Of a DNA stretch of 64,000 bases, positions 19,866 to 29,597 are shown in pieces (the first letter of the stretch is position 1; every line of letters begins with the position of its first letter). This stretch comes from Alphaproteobacteria bacterium. GTDB taxonomy: Bacteria; Pseudomonadota; Alphaproteobacteria; SMXQ01. The stretch is taken from positions 42,515 through 106,514 of the forward strand of contig DASYCO010000055.1 of NCBI GenBank assembly GCA_036500145.1, written 5' to 3'. The notes below the pieces were generated by a model. That model did not search any database. It saw only the letters and a program-made list of their open reading frames with translations, and was not told the DNA's origin. Made by a program: the position numbers and the translations under genes.

Positions 19866-20462
19866 ATGATCTTCCGCCGCTTTACCGTTCCGCCGCGCGG
19901 CCTGTTCCGCGCGCTTCTCGTCGCCAGCTGCATCGCCGCGCCCTTCACGGGCGCGGGCGCCGCCACGTCGCCCGGCAGCATGGCCGACGACATGATCGCC
20001 GCGGTCAACGCCGCCCGCGCCACCGAGGGGCTGGTGCCGCTGACGGCGGAGCCGCGCCTGGCCGAGGCCGCCTGCCGGCAGGCGCGCGACCTCGCCGGCA
20101 AGGGCCTCTATGCGGTGGCGGACCTGAACCATCAGGGCAGCGACGGCAGCGACCTTTCGCGGCGGCTCGCCGACGCCGGCTACCGCTTCCGCACGGCGGC
20201 GGAGAACCTGGCGGCCGGCGTCGCCGATCCGCAGGAGACGGTGCAGCTCTGGATGGCGAGCGACGGCCACCGCCGCAACATCCTGACCGAGGCCTTCCGC
20301 GAGGCCGGCGTCGCCCATGTCGGGCCCCATCTCAGCCCCGCCGGCAACCGCAGCGGGCCGACGGACGTCTGGGTGCTGGTGCTCGCCGCCCCCGGCGCCG
20401 GCCTCGCCGACCCCGCCGAACAGGCGCAAAATCCTAAGGATTGCGCCGCGCCCAGCGAATGA
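19866..20462 (+). CDS. CAP/SCP/PR1-like domain protein with signal peptide
   Basis: Signal peptide MIFRRFTVPPRGLFRALLVASCIAAPFTGAGA, then a CAP signature region ...WMASDGHRRNILTEAFREAGVAHV. Only the C-terminal part of track ORF 18921..20462 is real. Confidence 0.6.
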   Translation: MIFRRFTVPPRGLFRALLVASCIAAPFTGAGAATSPGSMADDMIAAVNAARATEGLVPLTAEPRLAEAACRQARDLAGKGLYAVADLNHQGSDGSDLSRRLADAGYRFRTAAENLAAGVADPQETVQLWMASDGHRRNILTEAFREAGVAHVGPHLSPAGNRSGPTDVWVLVLAAPGAGLADPAEQAQNPKDCAAPSE

Positions 20463-20638
20463 CCCGGCCGGCATGGTTAAAGGATGAGGGGTGACAACCC
20501 CTTCACTTGTTATTAATCTCCCGGCCCGAGATTGCTTTTTGTTTAAGCAACCTTGCCGGCGCTGCGAGATGCTGGCGGCGCGCTCGTCGCGGGGCTCCAT
20601 TCCGAGCCCGCAGGACCATCGGGGCAGACGAGCGGCCC

Positions 20639-21157
20639 ATGAGCCATCGGAGGGGATCCTTGCCGAGCCATCGCATTCGCGTCACCGTCCGTGCCGTCAT
20701 CCTAGCCGGCGTCGCCGTCGCCGCGCTGTCCGTGAGCCAGCCGCGCAGCGCGATGAGCGCGCCGCTGACGCCGCGCGAACAGGCCGCCTTCGACGTCCGC
20801 TTCCTGCAGACCGAATTCATGGTCGCCGCGCTCTCCTGCGGCCGGCCCGACTTCCAGGCCTTCTACAACACCTTCGTCACCCGCTTCGGCGCGCCGCTCA
20901 AGCGCCATGCCGACGAGCTGAAGGTCCACTTCACGAAGGAATACGGCAAGCAGGGCGCCAACAAGCTCGACTCCTACGCCACCAAGCTCGCCAACGAAGC
21001 TTCGCTGCGCAGCATGCGCCAGGTCACCTTCTGCCAGGACACCGGCATGGTGATGGAGCGCGTCACCTCGCTCGACCCGGCGTCGCTCGACGGCTTCTCG
21101 GCTTCCTTCGCGCGCAGCATCGAAACCGTCGCCGTCGTCGAGCCCGCGAAGCGCTGA
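20639..21157 (+). CDS. hypothetical periplasmic protein (signal peptide), 172 aa
   Basis: Starts at MSHRRGSLPSHRIRVTVRAVILAGVAVAALSVS inside track ORF 20507..21157. Followed by a strong terminator. Confidence 0.45.
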   Translation: MSHRRGSLPSHRIRVTVRAVILAGVAVAALSVSQPRSAMSAPLTPREQAAFDVRFLQTEFMVAALSCGRPDFQAFYNTFVTRFGAPLKRHADELKVHFTKEYGKQGANKLDSYATKLANEASLRSMRQVTFCQDTGMVMERVTSLDPASLDGFSASFARSIETVAVVEPAKR

Positions 21158-21184
21158 CGCAGACGCCAAGCCCGCACAGGAAAA

Positions 21185-21208
21185 AGCCCGGCAATGCCGG
21201 GCTTTTTT
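21185..21208 (+). terminator. rho-independent terminator
   Basis: GCCCGGCAATGCCGGGC followed by TTTTTTCA. Confidence 0.6.
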
Positions 21209-21250
21209 CATGCCTGCGGTGAAGCGCGCGGGCCGACGGAGATTGAACAG

Positions 21251-21284
21251 GCAAAGAAAAAGGGCCTGGCGTTAAGCCAGGCCC
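21251..21284 (-). terminator. rho-independent terminator for the ompA-like gene (minus strand)
   Basis: On the minus strand, GGGCCTGGCTTAACGCCAGGCCC followed by TTTTTCTTT. Confidence 0.5.
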
Positions 21285-21345
21285 TTCTTCGTTTCGACGC
21301 TGTATCGAGCGTGTGTTCTTAGAACACGCCTTCGATCACGTGTTC

Positions 21346-22374
21346 TTAGAACACGATCTCGACGCGGCGGTTACGCGGCTCGCGCACGCCGTCGGCGGTC
21401 GGGACCAGCTGGTCGCTCTCGCCCTTGGCGACGGTGACGATGTCGTTGGCCGGGACGCCCATGCGGACCATTTCGGCCTTCACGGCATCGGCGCGACGCT
21501 GCGACAGACGCTGGTTGTACTGAGCCGAACCGGAGCTGTCCGTGTGACCCGTCAGGGTGACGCGGGTGGTGCCGGCCTGCTTCGTGTTGGCGGCGGCCTG
21601 CTCGATGACGCGGCGGGCATCAGCAGTGATGTCCGACTTGTCGAAGTCGAAGAAGACCTGGAACGAACGGACCAGAGCCGGGGCCGGAGCGGCCGGAGCC
21701 GGGGCCGGCGCGGGCGCCGGAGCGGCGACCGGGGTCGCGACCGGAGCAGCCGGCGGCGTGCCGAAGCTGTAGCGGAAGCCGATCGTGATCATGTGGTCCT
21801 TGTACTGGCTGTCGACGGAGGTGCCGGCAGACGTCGAGAAGGACGCATCGTCGAACGTGCTCAGGTAGCGGTAGTCGGCCGTGAAGGTCCAGTTGTAGTC
21901 GATCGGCGCGGACACGCCGATGATGCCCTGGTAGGCCAGCTGGGTGTCGTCGTCATCGGCCGTGCCGTTGGTGCCGAGCGGGTTGACGTGGTTGGCGCTG
22001 ATCTGCGCGCCGCCGATGCCGAGACCGATGTACGGGGTGAAGCCCCAGCCGGTCGGGATGTCATACAGGAAATTGGCCATCAGGCTCGTGGCGCTCATGT
22101 CGCCATTGAGGTTGTCGATGGTGTTGTGGCGATAGCCCAGCTCGGCCTCGGCGCGGACGTTGTTGAACAGGCCGATGCCGACGGCGCCCAGGAGGCCCCA
22201 GCCGTTGTTGTAGTTCGCGTCGGTGCTCACGCCGGCGCCCGAGAAGTCGCTGTCTTCGAGCATGCTGTAGCCAGCGCCGAAGGACAGGTAAAGCGGCGAG
22301 GTCTCGGCCTTCGCCATGACCGGCGCCAGCGCAAGAATTGCAGCCGCGGCTGCCGCAGTCATTCCGTACTTCAT
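21346..22374 (-). CDS. OmpA-family outer membrane protein (N-terminal beta-barrel, Pro/Ala linker, C-terminal OmpA-like domain)
   Basis: Signal peptide, barrel-like N-terminus, linker PAAPVATPVAAPAPAPAPAPAAPAP, and C-terminal LTGHTDSSGSAQYNQRLSQRRADAV. Confidence 0.8.
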   Translation of the reverse strand: MKYGMTAAAAAAILALAPVMAKAETSPLYLSFGAGYSMLEDSDFSGAGVSTDANYNNGWGLLGAVGIGLFNNVRAEAELGYRHNTIDNLNGDMSATSLMANFLYDIPTGWGFTPYIGLGIGGAQISANHVNPLGTNGTADDDDTQLAYQGIIGVSAPIDYNWTFTADYRYLSTFDDASFSTSAGTSVDSQYKDHMITIGFRYSFGTPPAAPVATPVAAPAPAPAPAPAAPAPALVRSFQVFFDFDKSDITADARRVIEQAAANTKQAGTTRVTLTGHTDSSGSAQYNQRLSQRRADAVKAEMVRMGVPANDIVTVAKGESDQLVPTADGVREPRNRRVEIVF

Positions 22375-22636
22375 AAAAGTATCTCCCTCGTTCCAACGGG
22401 ATGTTCAGGTCGCACCTTCAACGGAGCGGCCCTGTCGTTCGTTCCCCCGGCAACGCGCGGCTGCCCTTGCGAACAAATGGCGCGTTTCCTCACTTTATTA
22501 CGTCTTTGAGGGTCGAATTGAAACCGGGAAATATCGAATGATCAGAAGCCGTTGCCGGCAAGCAACAGTTTTAGGCAGTCCCTTGCCTGTTTTAGGGCTG
22601 CATTATGACAAATCGACGGGGGAAGGCCGATTTGCC

Positions 22637-23830
22637 CTATTCCGAGGGAGTAGACGCCGGGGTGACGGCTGTTTCCGCCGGGGCGGGCCGCGACCGGCGC
22701 TCGCGCATGCTCTCGGTCCGCAGCTGGCCGCAGGCGGCCAGGATGTCGCGGCCGCGCGGGGTGCGCACGGGGGCGGACAGGCCGGCGTCGTTCAGGAATT
22801 TGGCGAAGGCGACGATCGTCTTGCCCTCGGAGCATTCGTAGGCGACGCCGGGCCAGGGATTGAACGGGATCAGGTTCACCTTGGCCGGGATGTCCTTCAG
22901 CAGGCGCACCAGCTCGCGGGCGTCGGCCAGGCTGTCGTTGACGCCCTTGAGCATGACGTATTCGAAGGTGATGCGCCGGGCGTTGTTGGCGCCGGGATAG
23001 CGCCGGCAGGCCTCGAGCAGCTCCTTGATCGGGTACTTGCGGTTGATCGGCACCAGCTCGTCGCGCAGGTCGTCGCGCACCGCGTGCAGCGACACGGCCA
23101 GGTTGACGTTCAGCTCCTCGCCGCACTTCTCCATCAGCGGCACGATGCCCGAGGTCGAGAGCGTGATGCGCCGGCGCGAGATGGCGATGCCGTCGCCGTC
23201 CATCACGATCTTCAAGGCCTTGGAAACGTTGTCGTAATTGAGCAGGGGCTCGCCCATGCCCATCATGACGATGTTGGAGATCATGCGGTCGCTCATCGGC
23301 GACGGCCATTCGCCGAGGTCGTCGCGCGCCGCCATCACCTGGGCGACGATCTCGCCGGCGCCGAGGTTGCGCACCATCGTCTGGGTGCCGGTGTGGCAGA
23401 AGCTGCAGGTCAGCGTGCAGCCGACCTGGGACGACACGCAGAGCGCGCCGCGGTCGTCGTCGGGGATGTGGACGGTCTCGATCTCCTGGCCGTCGGGAAA
23501 CTTGAACAGCCACTTGCGCGTGCCGTCGGACGACTTGTCGGCGCGGCTGGCGACCGGGCGCTCCAGGGTGAAGTGCGCCTCCATCTCGTCGCGCAGCGAC
23601 TTGGCCAGCGTCGTCATCTCGCCGAAGCTGCGCGCGCCGCGGAAGTAGATCCAGTGCCAGAGCTGGCGGGCGCGGAACTTCTCGACGCCGAGCGGCTCCA
23701 GCTCCTCGTACAGCTCCTCGCGCGACAGGCCGATCAGCGCCTTGCGCCCGTCGCTCGTGGGCGTGGCGGCGTTGAGGGTCGGCTTGATCACGATCGGCTT
23801 GTTGATCGGGGTCTTGGCGGCGCTGGTCAT
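22637..23830 (-). CDS. rlmN: 23S rRNA (adenine2503-C2)/tRNA methyltransferase RlmN (radical SAM)
   Basis: CxxxCxxC as [11 protein letters not shown], plus GMGEPLLN and the C-terminal CGQL. The start [10 protein letters not shown] at 23830 is preferred over the track start. Confidence 0.85.
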   Translation of the reverse strand: MTSAAKTPINKPIVIKPTLNAATPTSDGRKALIGLSREELYEELEPLGVEKFRARQLWHWIYFRGARSFGEMTTLAKSLRDEMEAHFTLERPVASRADKSSDGTRKWLFKFPDGQEIETVHIPDDDRGALCVSSQVGCTLTCSFCHTGTQTMVRNLGAGEIVAQVMAARDDLGEWPSPMSDRMISNIVMMGMGEPLLNYDNVSKALKIVMDGDGIAISRRRITLSTSGIVPLMEKCGEELNVNLAVSLHAVRDDLRDELVPINRKYPIKELLEACRRYPGANNARRITFEYVMLKGVNDSLADARELVRLLKDIPAKVNLIPFNPWPGVAYECSEGKTIVAFAKFLNDAGLSAPVRTPRGRDILAACGQLRTESMRERRSRPAPAETAVTPASTPSE

Positions 23831-23983
23831 GGAGTTTCGGATCCGGGGCGGCAAAAGGCCGCTTTCTGGCGTCCATATAGGGCGGCGCTGTGGAAAAGTC
23901 ACCTTCTGCGCCGCATGGCGATGCTAAGCGCTTGGCCTCGTTCGGAGATTGGGCAGCCCGCAGGCTTCCGGCGGGGCCTTAAT

Positions 23984-24505
23984 TCAAGTCAGCCCGCAGG
24001 CCTTGGTGATTTCGCGGTAGGCGGCGGTGAAGCCGCGCAGCGAGTAGGTGTCCGTCGTCTTGGTGCCGCGCTCGGACTGGCCGACCACGCTCATGCCCGC
24101 CCCCTTCATCATGGCGGCGACGAGGGTCTTGTCGTCGGCGGCGCCGCGCGTCCAGGCGGCGTCGCCGTTGCTGAACAGGCTGAACTTGGCGTCGCCGACG
24201 GCGAGCTGCACGTCGGCGCCCGCCTTCAGCGGATAGCCGAACTGGACGTTGACCACGTCGCGCTCCTTGTCGGCCGGACGGTGCGTGACGAAGACCAGCA
24301 CGTCGCCGCGCTTCACGTTGGCCGGCTCCTTCTTCGCGGGCTGGCTCGCCATGTAGCAGGTGCGCTGATTGTTGCCCTCGACGAGGAGATAGGCCTCCCA
24401 GTCGTTGAAGGTGCCGAGCACCTTGGGCGCCGCGGCCTCGGCCGAAGCGAAGGCGGCGCAGGACAGGAGAGCGGCGGCGGCGAAGCGGAGGGCGATCTGC
24501 ATCAT
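23984..24505 (-). CDS. ialB: invasion-associated locus B (IalB) family protein
   Basis: Signal peptide followed by WEAYLLVEGNNQRTCYMASQP and the rest of an IalB-family fold. Confidence 0.7.
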   Translation of the reverse strand: MMQIALRFAAAALLSCAAFASAEAAAPKVLGTFNDWEAYLLVEGNNQRTCYMASQPAKKEPANVKRGDVLVFVTHRPADKERDVVNVQFGYPLKAGADVQLAVGDAKFSLFSNGDAAWTRGAADDKTLVAAMMKGAGMSVVGQSERGTKTTDTYSLRGFTAAYREITKACGLT

Positions 24506-24514
24506 GGCGAAAGT

Positions 24515-25126
24515 CTAACGGCCGCTGCCGCTCTTGCCAACCGTGCGCCACGCGTCGGGCGGCGCGCTCGCTTCAACAGGCCGTGACGAGGCCGGCTGGG
24601 TCGCATTGCGGATAATTTGCTTGCCGTGAACATGCTCCGCCATCGGCGCCGCCGGGCCGCCGGGCGCCACCGGACGTTCGGCGTAGCGGCCGAGCGACAG
24701 CAGGCGGTCGTACATGACGATGGAGCCCGCGACCGCGACGTTGACGCAGAAGCTCGTCGGGATGCGGATGACATGGTCGCAGCGCGCCACCAGCTCGGGC
24801 GACAGGCTGCCGCGCTCGGGGCCGAGCACGTAGGCGGCACTCCGAGGATGGCGGAACGACGGCAGCTCGACCGAATCGGCCATCAGCTCGATGCCGACCA
24901 GCGCGCAGCGGTCGGGCAGGCGCAGGCCGGCGAGGTCGTCGAAATGGTAGTGCGGCACTTCCGACGCGCTGTCCGCGGTGTCGGACAGGCGCGCCTCGCG
25001 CGACGACCAGACGCCGCCGATGGTGAAGACGAAGCTGGCGCCGAAGGCGTGCGCCGAGCGAAAGAGGGTGCCGGCGTTCATCGGCTTGCTCAAGCCTTCG
25101 ACGCCGATGGCGAAATATCCACGCAT
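24515..25126 (-). CDS. TrmH/SpoU-family RNA 2'-O-methyltransferase (start may be as far upstream as 25207)
   Basis: MRGYFAIGVEGLSKPMNAGTLFRSAHAFGASFVFTIGG ... IPTSFCVNVAVAGSIVMYD. Confidence 0.6.
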   Translation of the reverse strand: MRGYFAIGVEGLSKPMNAGTLFRSAHAFGASFVFTIGGVWSSREARLSDTADSASEVPHYHFDDLAGLRLPDRCALVGIELMADSVELPSFRHPRSAAYVLGPERGSLSPELVARCDHVIRIPTSFCVNVAVAGSIVMYDRLLSLGRYAERPVAPGGPAAPMAEHVHGKQIIRNATQPASSRPVEASAPPDAWRTVGKSGSGR

Positions 25127-25230
25127 GGCGCGGAGAATGGTCCACCGTTTCGCGCGACGCAAGCCGTTTGAGCGGCCGCCGGGCTTGCGGTTGGCAGCCG
25201 CAGCCATGGGCCCTAGACTGCGGGCCTCGC

Positions 25231-26226
25231 ATGCAGCCCGAGCCTTCCCCAGCGCCCGATCCGCGCCAGCCGAAACCGCTTTTCGCGCTGGCCGCGCGGC
25301 GGGCGTTCGGCCGCTTGTCCGGCCCTGCGCGCGGCGCGCTGTGGATGACGCTGGCGGCTTGCAGCTTCGCGGTGATGTCGGCGCTGGTGCGCTACCTGTC
25401 CCAGAGCATATCGCCGCTCGAGGTGCTGTTCTTTCGCAACTTCTTCGGCCTGATCTTCCTGATGCCGACCTTGATTCAGGCCGGCTGGGCCAATCTGCGC
25501 ACCAACAACTTCAAGCGCCACGGCCTGCGCTCGCTGTTCGGCCTGACGTCGATGTACACCTGGTTCATCGGCCTGGCCTACCTGCCCCTCGCCGACGCCA
25601 CCTCGCTGACCTTCATCGCGCCGATCATCGCCAGCATCTTCGCCATCGTCTTTCTCGGCGAGCAGGCCGGCTGGCGACGCTGGAGCGCGATCTTCGTCGC
25701 CTTCGGCGGCGCGCTGATCATCCTGCGGCCGGGCTTCCAGGAGGTTCCGCCGACGGCCTGGCTCATGCTATGCGGCACCTTCGCCACGGCCGGCGCCGTC
25801 ATCATGGTGAAGGTGCTGTCGCGCACCGAGGCCTCCAGCGCCATCATCGGCTACATGGGCATCTACATGACGCCGGCCTCGCTGATTCCGGCGCTGTTCG
25901 TGTGGCAGACCCCGGCGCTGGAGCTATGGCCATGGATCGTCCTGATGGGCGCGGCGGCGACGCTCGGCCAATGGGGCATGACCAACGCCTACGCGTCGAC
26001 CGACGCGACCATCGTGCTGCCGTTCGACTATGTGCGCCTGCCGATGGTGGCGCTGATCGGCTACGCCGCCTTCGCCGAGACGCCCGACGCCATGACCTGC
26101 CTCGGCGGCCTCGTCATCGCCGCAGCCACGATCTACATCGCCCGGCGCGAATCGAAGCTCGCCAAATCGCGCATGATCCATGCGAGCAAGCTCGCGGCCG
26201 AAACGCCGAAGGTCGAGAACGGGTGA
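25231..26226 (+). CDS. EamA/DMT-family transporter
   Basis: Ten predicted TM helices and repeated EamA-like halves. Start chosen at MQPEPSP. Confidence 0.7.
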   Translation: MQPEPSPAPDPRQPKPLFALAARRAFGRLSGPARGALWMTLAACSFAVMSALVRYLSQSISPLEVLFFRNFFGLIFLMPTLIQAGWANLRTNNFKRHGLRSLFGLTSMYTWFIGLAYLPLADATSLTFIAPIIASIFAIVFLGEQAGWRRWSAIFVAFGGALIILRPGFQEVPPTAWLMLCGTFATAGAVIMVKVLSRTEASSAIIGYMGIYMTPASLIPALFVWQTPALELWPWIVLMGAAATLGQWGMTNAYASTDATIVLPFDYVRLPMVALIGYAAFAETPDAMTCLGGLVIAAATIYIARRESKLAKSRMIHASKLAAETPKVENG

Positions 26227-26230
26227 AGCC

Positions 26231-26533
26231 CTATCTGTCCCGGGGCGGCGCGACTTCCTCGATGAAGCGCGCCAGCGTCACGTCCTTCTGGCTGACGCCC
26301 TCGACGTCATGGGTCGCGAGCACGACCTCGACGCGGTTGTAGACGTTGAACCATTCGGGATGGTGGTCGGCCTTCTCCGCGTGCAGCGCCACCCGCGTCA
26401 TGAAGGCGAAGGCCTCGTTGAAGTCGGCGAAGTGGAAGGTCTTGCGGATCGCGTCGCGATCCTCGACTTCCGTCCAGCCGTGCAGATCCTTGAGCGCCAG
26501 GCGGCGCGCCTCGCCGGTCAGTTTCGCGGACAT
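26231..26533 (-). CDS. phhB: pterin-4a-carbinolamine dehydratase
   Basis: [57 protein letters not shown], with the HHP(E/D)W motif. Confidence 0.8.
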   Translation of the reverse strand: MSAKLTGEARRLALKDLHGWTEVEDRDAIRKTFHFADFNEAFAFMTRVALHAEKADHHPEWFNVYNRVEVVLATHDVEGVSQKDVTLARFIEEVAPPRDR

Positions 26534-26622
26534 CTCCGTCTCCCTCTCTGCGGTGTGAACGCCTGACAGACAAGATGGGCGGTCTTGGCCCGTTCATCAA
26601 GCCAGGCTATCGTTGGCGCATC

Positions 26623-27045
26623 ATGACAGCCTCCGGGAACGACAACGCACATACCGCGCCCAGCCTCGCCGATCTCGAGGAGCTGGCGGGCGAGGCCTTT
26701 CAGGCGATCCCGGAGGAATTCCGCTCCATGGTCGGCGACGTGGTCATTCGCGTGGAAGACTTTCCCGACGAGGAGACCGAGGCGGAGATGGAGCTGGAAA
26801 GCCCCTTCGACCTGCTCGGCCTCTATCGCGGCGTGTCGCTCGACCGCAAAGGTCTGATGGACCAGCCGCAAGACATGGACATGATCTTCCTCTACCGCCG
26901 GCCGCTGCTCGACTACTGGTGCGAGACCGGCGAAGCGCTCGACCATGTGGTGCGCCACGTGCTGATCCACGAGATCGGCCACCATTTCGGCCTGAGCGAC
27001 GACGACATGGAAGAGATCGAACGGCGCGCCGACGAAGAGGCGTGA
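26623..27045 (+). CDS. metallopeptidase-family protein (DUF1025-like, HExxH)
   Basis: HEIGHHFGLSDDDMEE at the C-terminus. Start chosen at MTASGNDN. Confidence 0.55.
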   Translation: MTASGNDNAHTAPSLADLEELAGEAFQAIPEEFRSMVGDVVIRVEDFPDEETEAEMELESPFDLLGLYRGVSLDRKGLMDQPQDMDMIFLYRRPLLDYWCETGEALDHVVRHVLIHEIGHHFGLSDDDMEEIERRADEEA

Positions 27046-27049
27046 GCCC

Positions 27050-27697
27050 CTAGCCTTCGGCCAGCAACTTCTTCACGCGGCTGCGCAAGGCCGGCACCAC
27101 CTCCGCCTCGAACCAGGGATGCTTGCGCAGCCACAGGCGGTTGCGCGGGCTCGGGTGCGGCATCGGCAGGAAATCCGGCAGGTAGTCGCGCCAGCGCTCC
27201 ACCGTCTCGGCCAGGGTCTTGCCGCGGCGCGGGCCGAGGTAATAGGCCTGCGCGTAGGAGCCGACGAGCAGCGTCAGCCCGACATGCGGCATGAGGGCGC
27301 GCAGCGGCGGATGCCACTTGGGCGCGCATTCGGGGCGCGGCGGCGCGTCGCCGCCGCCGCTCTTGCCCTTTTTCGGCGTGCGGCCCGGATAGCAGAGCCC
27401 CGCCGGGACGATGGCGATGCCCGACTCGTCGTAGAAGGCGTCGCGGTCGAGGCCGAGCCAGTCGCGCAGGCGGTCGCCCGACGGGTCGTTCCAGGGAACG
27501 CCAGTGGCGTGCACCTTGGTGCCCGGCGCCTGGCCGACGATCAGCAGGCGCGCCGTGACCGCGGCGCGCACCACAGGCAAGGGCCCGAGCGGCAGATGCG
27601 CTTCGCACAGGCGGCAGGCGCGCACCTCCTTCAGGAGAGCGGCGAGCTTGCGGGGAGAGGTTTTGACGGGAGCGGAGACGATGGCCATGTGGGACAA
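27050..27697 (-). CDS. uracil-DNA glycosylase superfamily protein (family 4-like)
   Basis: LCEAHLP...LLIVGQAPG...GVPW and HPS motifs. Confidence 0.7.
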   Translation of the reverse strand: MSHMAIVSAPVKTSPRKLAALLKEVRACRLCEAHLPLGPLPVVRAAVTARLLIVGQAPGTKVHATGVPWNDPSGDRLRDWLGLDRDAFYDESGIAIVPAGLCYPGRTPKKGKSGGGDAPPRPECAPKWHPPLRALMPHVGLTLLVGSYAQAYYLGPRRGKTLAETVERWRDYLPDFLPMPHPSPRNRLWLRKHPWFEAEVVPALRSRVKKLLAEG

Positions 27698-27735
27698 GAT
27701 GGGCGTTGGAGACGGCTTATGCTAGTACGGTCGAC

Positions 27736-28233
27736 ATGAATGCCGCGCCGGAATCTCCCCGTCCCATCCGCGTCCTCTTCGTCTGCATGGGAAACATCTG
27801 CCGTTCCCCGACGGCCGAGGGCGTGTTCCGCGCCCAGGTCGCGGCGGCGGGCCTGAGCGACCGCATCCAGACCGACTCGGCCGGAACCCACGGCTACCAC
27901 ATCGGCGATCCGCCCGACCCGCGCAGCATCGCGGCGGCGCGCCAGCGCGGCGTCGAGATCGGCGACCTGCGCGCCCGCATGGTGCGGGCCGAGGACTTCG
28001 GCCGCTTCGACCTGATCCTCGCCATGGACGACCAGAACCAGCGCGTCCTGATGGGCCTCTGCAAGAAAGAGTCGCAGGACTGCGTGCGCATGTTCCTCGA
28101 CTTCATCCCCGGCGCGAAGGGGCTCGAAGTGCCCGACCCCTACTACGGCGGCGCGCCCGGCTTCGAGCGCGTGCTCGACCTCTGCGAGGCGGCATCCAAG
28201 GGCCTGCTCGCGCACCTGCGCGCGAGCCTCTGA
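27736..28233 (+). CDS. low-molecular-weight protein-tyrosine phosphatase
   Basis: P-loop VLFVCMGNICRSP (CX5R), and a DPYY motif. Confidence 0.8.
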   Translation: MNAAPESPRPIRVLFVCMGNICRSPTAEGVFRAQVAAAGLSDRIQTDSAGTHGYHIGDPPDPRSIAAARQRGVEIGDLRARMVRAEDFGRFDLILAMDDQNQRVLMGLCKKESQDCVRMFLDFIPGAKGLEVPDPYYGGAPGFERVLDLCEAASKGLLAHLRASL

Positions 28234-28290
28234 AGACGGCGCGCATCTGCGCGCGCCCTTGAACAGCAGCGCGCGCCTGCGCGCGAAGCT

Positions 28291-28827
28291 CTAGATCAGC
28301 GGATAGTCCGCCTCGACCGTATAGACCGTGCCCGACGACGCCTGATGGCTGGAGAACAGGCTGAACTGCTCGACGCCGAACGGCGGCGCGCGGAACAGGT
28401 TGTGCGCCGCGACGAATTCGGCGACGCGCATCTCAGGCGCGCGGTGCAGGCGCCCCAGCGTCACATGCGGCGTGTAGCGCCGCTCGTCGTTCGGAAAGCC
28501 GGCGCGGGCGAGCCCCTTGTCGATCCGGCCATGCAGCAGGTGCAGCGGTTCGCTGGGATCGAGGCCGGCCCAGATCGTCGTCGGCTCGCGGCCCCGCGCG
28601 AATGTGTCGACCCCGGCGAGCGACAGCTCGAAAGGCGGCACGGAGACGTCCGCCAGCACGTCGTCGATCTCGCCCATGCTGCCCTCCGGCACCTCGCCGA
28701 TGAAACGCAGCGTGAGATGCATGTTCTCCGGCGCGGTCCAGGCCGCGTTGGGCACGCCGCCCTGCAGCAGCGACAGTTGCTCGCGCAAGGGTTCGGGCAG
28801 CTCGATGCCGACGAAGAGACGAATCAT
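28291..28827 (-). CDS. thpR: RNA 2',3'-cyclic phosphodiesterase (2H phosphoesterase, ThpR/LigT)
   Basis: Two HxT/S motifs: HLTLRF and HVTLGR. Confidence 0.75.
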   Translation of the reverse strand: MIRLFVGIELPEPLREQLSLLQGGVPNAAWTAPENMHLTLRFIGEVPEGSMGEIDDVLADVSVPPFELSLAGVDTFARGREPTTIWAGLDPSEPLHLLHGRIDKGLARAGFPNDERRYTPHVTLGRLHRAPEMRVAEFVAAHNLFRAPPFGVEQFSLFSSHQASSGTVYTVEADYPLI

Positions 28828-29480
28828 TTTTGCTGGGTCTTCGCCGCCGTCGCGATCAGCTTTTCCACCGAGGGCAGGATGCGCTGGACGATGATGGCGA
28901 CGCCCTGGGGATTGGGATGCATGCCGTCGGCCTGGTTGAGCGCCGCCTCGGCGGCGACGCCGTCGAGGAAGAAGGGATAGAGCGGCACGCCGTAGTCCTT
29001 CGATAGGCGCGTGAAGGTCGCGTTGAAGTCCTTGCCGTAGGCGGCGCCGAGATTGGGCGGCGCCAGCATGCCGGCGAGCAGCGTCGGCGTGCCGCGCGCC
29101 TTCAGCGCCTTCAGGATCGCCGCGAGATTGTCGTAGGTCGCGGCGGGCTCGATGCCGCGCAGGCCGTCGTTGGCGCCGAGCTCGACGATGGCGGCGTTCG
29201 GATTGTCGGCGAGCGACCAGTCGAGCCGCGCGCGGCCGCCGGCCGAGGTGTCGCCCGAGACGCCGGCGGCGATCACGTTTACGTTATGGCCCTTGGCGCG
29301 CAGCGCGCGTTCCAGCTGCGCGGGAAAGGCTTCCTCGGCGGGCAGGCCGTAGCCAGCGGCAAGGCTATCGCCCAACACCAGCAGACGAATCGCGCCGCCG
29401 CCGCCCGCCGCCGCAGGCGCCGGAGATTGCGCGAAGGCGGGCATCGCGAAAAGGCAAAGGCTGAGGAAAAGCGCGGCCAT
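28824..29480 (-). CDS. SGNH/GDSL hydrolase (TesA-like arylesterase / lysophospholipase) with signal peptide
   Basis: LVLGDSLAAGYG (GDSL block I), GANDGL (block III), DGMHP (block V). Start MAALFLS at 29480. Divergent from the ABC genes, as tesA is from ybbA in E. coli. The rest of track ORF 28824..30590 is antisense artefact. Confidence 0.7.
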   Translation of the reverse strand: MAALFLSLCLFAMPAFAQSPAPAAAGGGGAIRLLVLGDSLAAGYGLPAEEAFPAQLERALRAKGHNVNVIAAGVSGDTSAGGRARLDWSLADNPNAAIVELGANDGLRGIEPAATYDNLAAILKALKARGTPTLLAGMLAPPNLGAAYGKDFNATFTRLSKDYGVPLYPFFLDGVAAEAALNQADGMHPNPQGVAIIVQRILPSVEKLIATAAKTQQK

Positions 29481-29597
29481 CGCGTTGAATCGCTTGGCCA
29501 AGCCCCCATATCGCTTCAATCTCCGCATTTCACCGCGTCTCCGCATCGCCGGCCTGTTCACGTGAGCTGGCGTCCTACTCCAGATACATGAGCGAAG

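Noticed and set aside
18921-20600. Full-length versions of track ORFs 18921..20462 (+) and 18966..20600 (-)
   Set aside because: Each is a chimera. Only the C-terminal CAP-domain part of the plus ORF (19866..20462) and the C-terminal oxygenase-like part of the minus ORF (18966..19747) look genuine. Their N-terminal halves are antisense to each other.
21300-21360. Possible LexA/SOS box at the ompA 3' end
   Set aside because: The alphaproteobacterial LexA site is a GTTC-N7-GTTC direct repeat. The motif here is an inverted repeat GTTCT(T/A)AGAAC, so it does not fit.
22375-22636. Possible sRNA or riboswitch in the 260-bp gap between the ompA-like gene and rlmN
   Set aside because: No recognisable conserved riboswitch core or terminator-bounded small transcript could be supported by eye, so it is left uncalled.
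22316-24586. 756-aa plus ORF and 444-aa minus ORF (22542..23876) over rlmN and ialB
   Set aside because: These overlap well-supported genes in other frames. Their composition is dominated by Arg/Ala/Gly/Pro runs.
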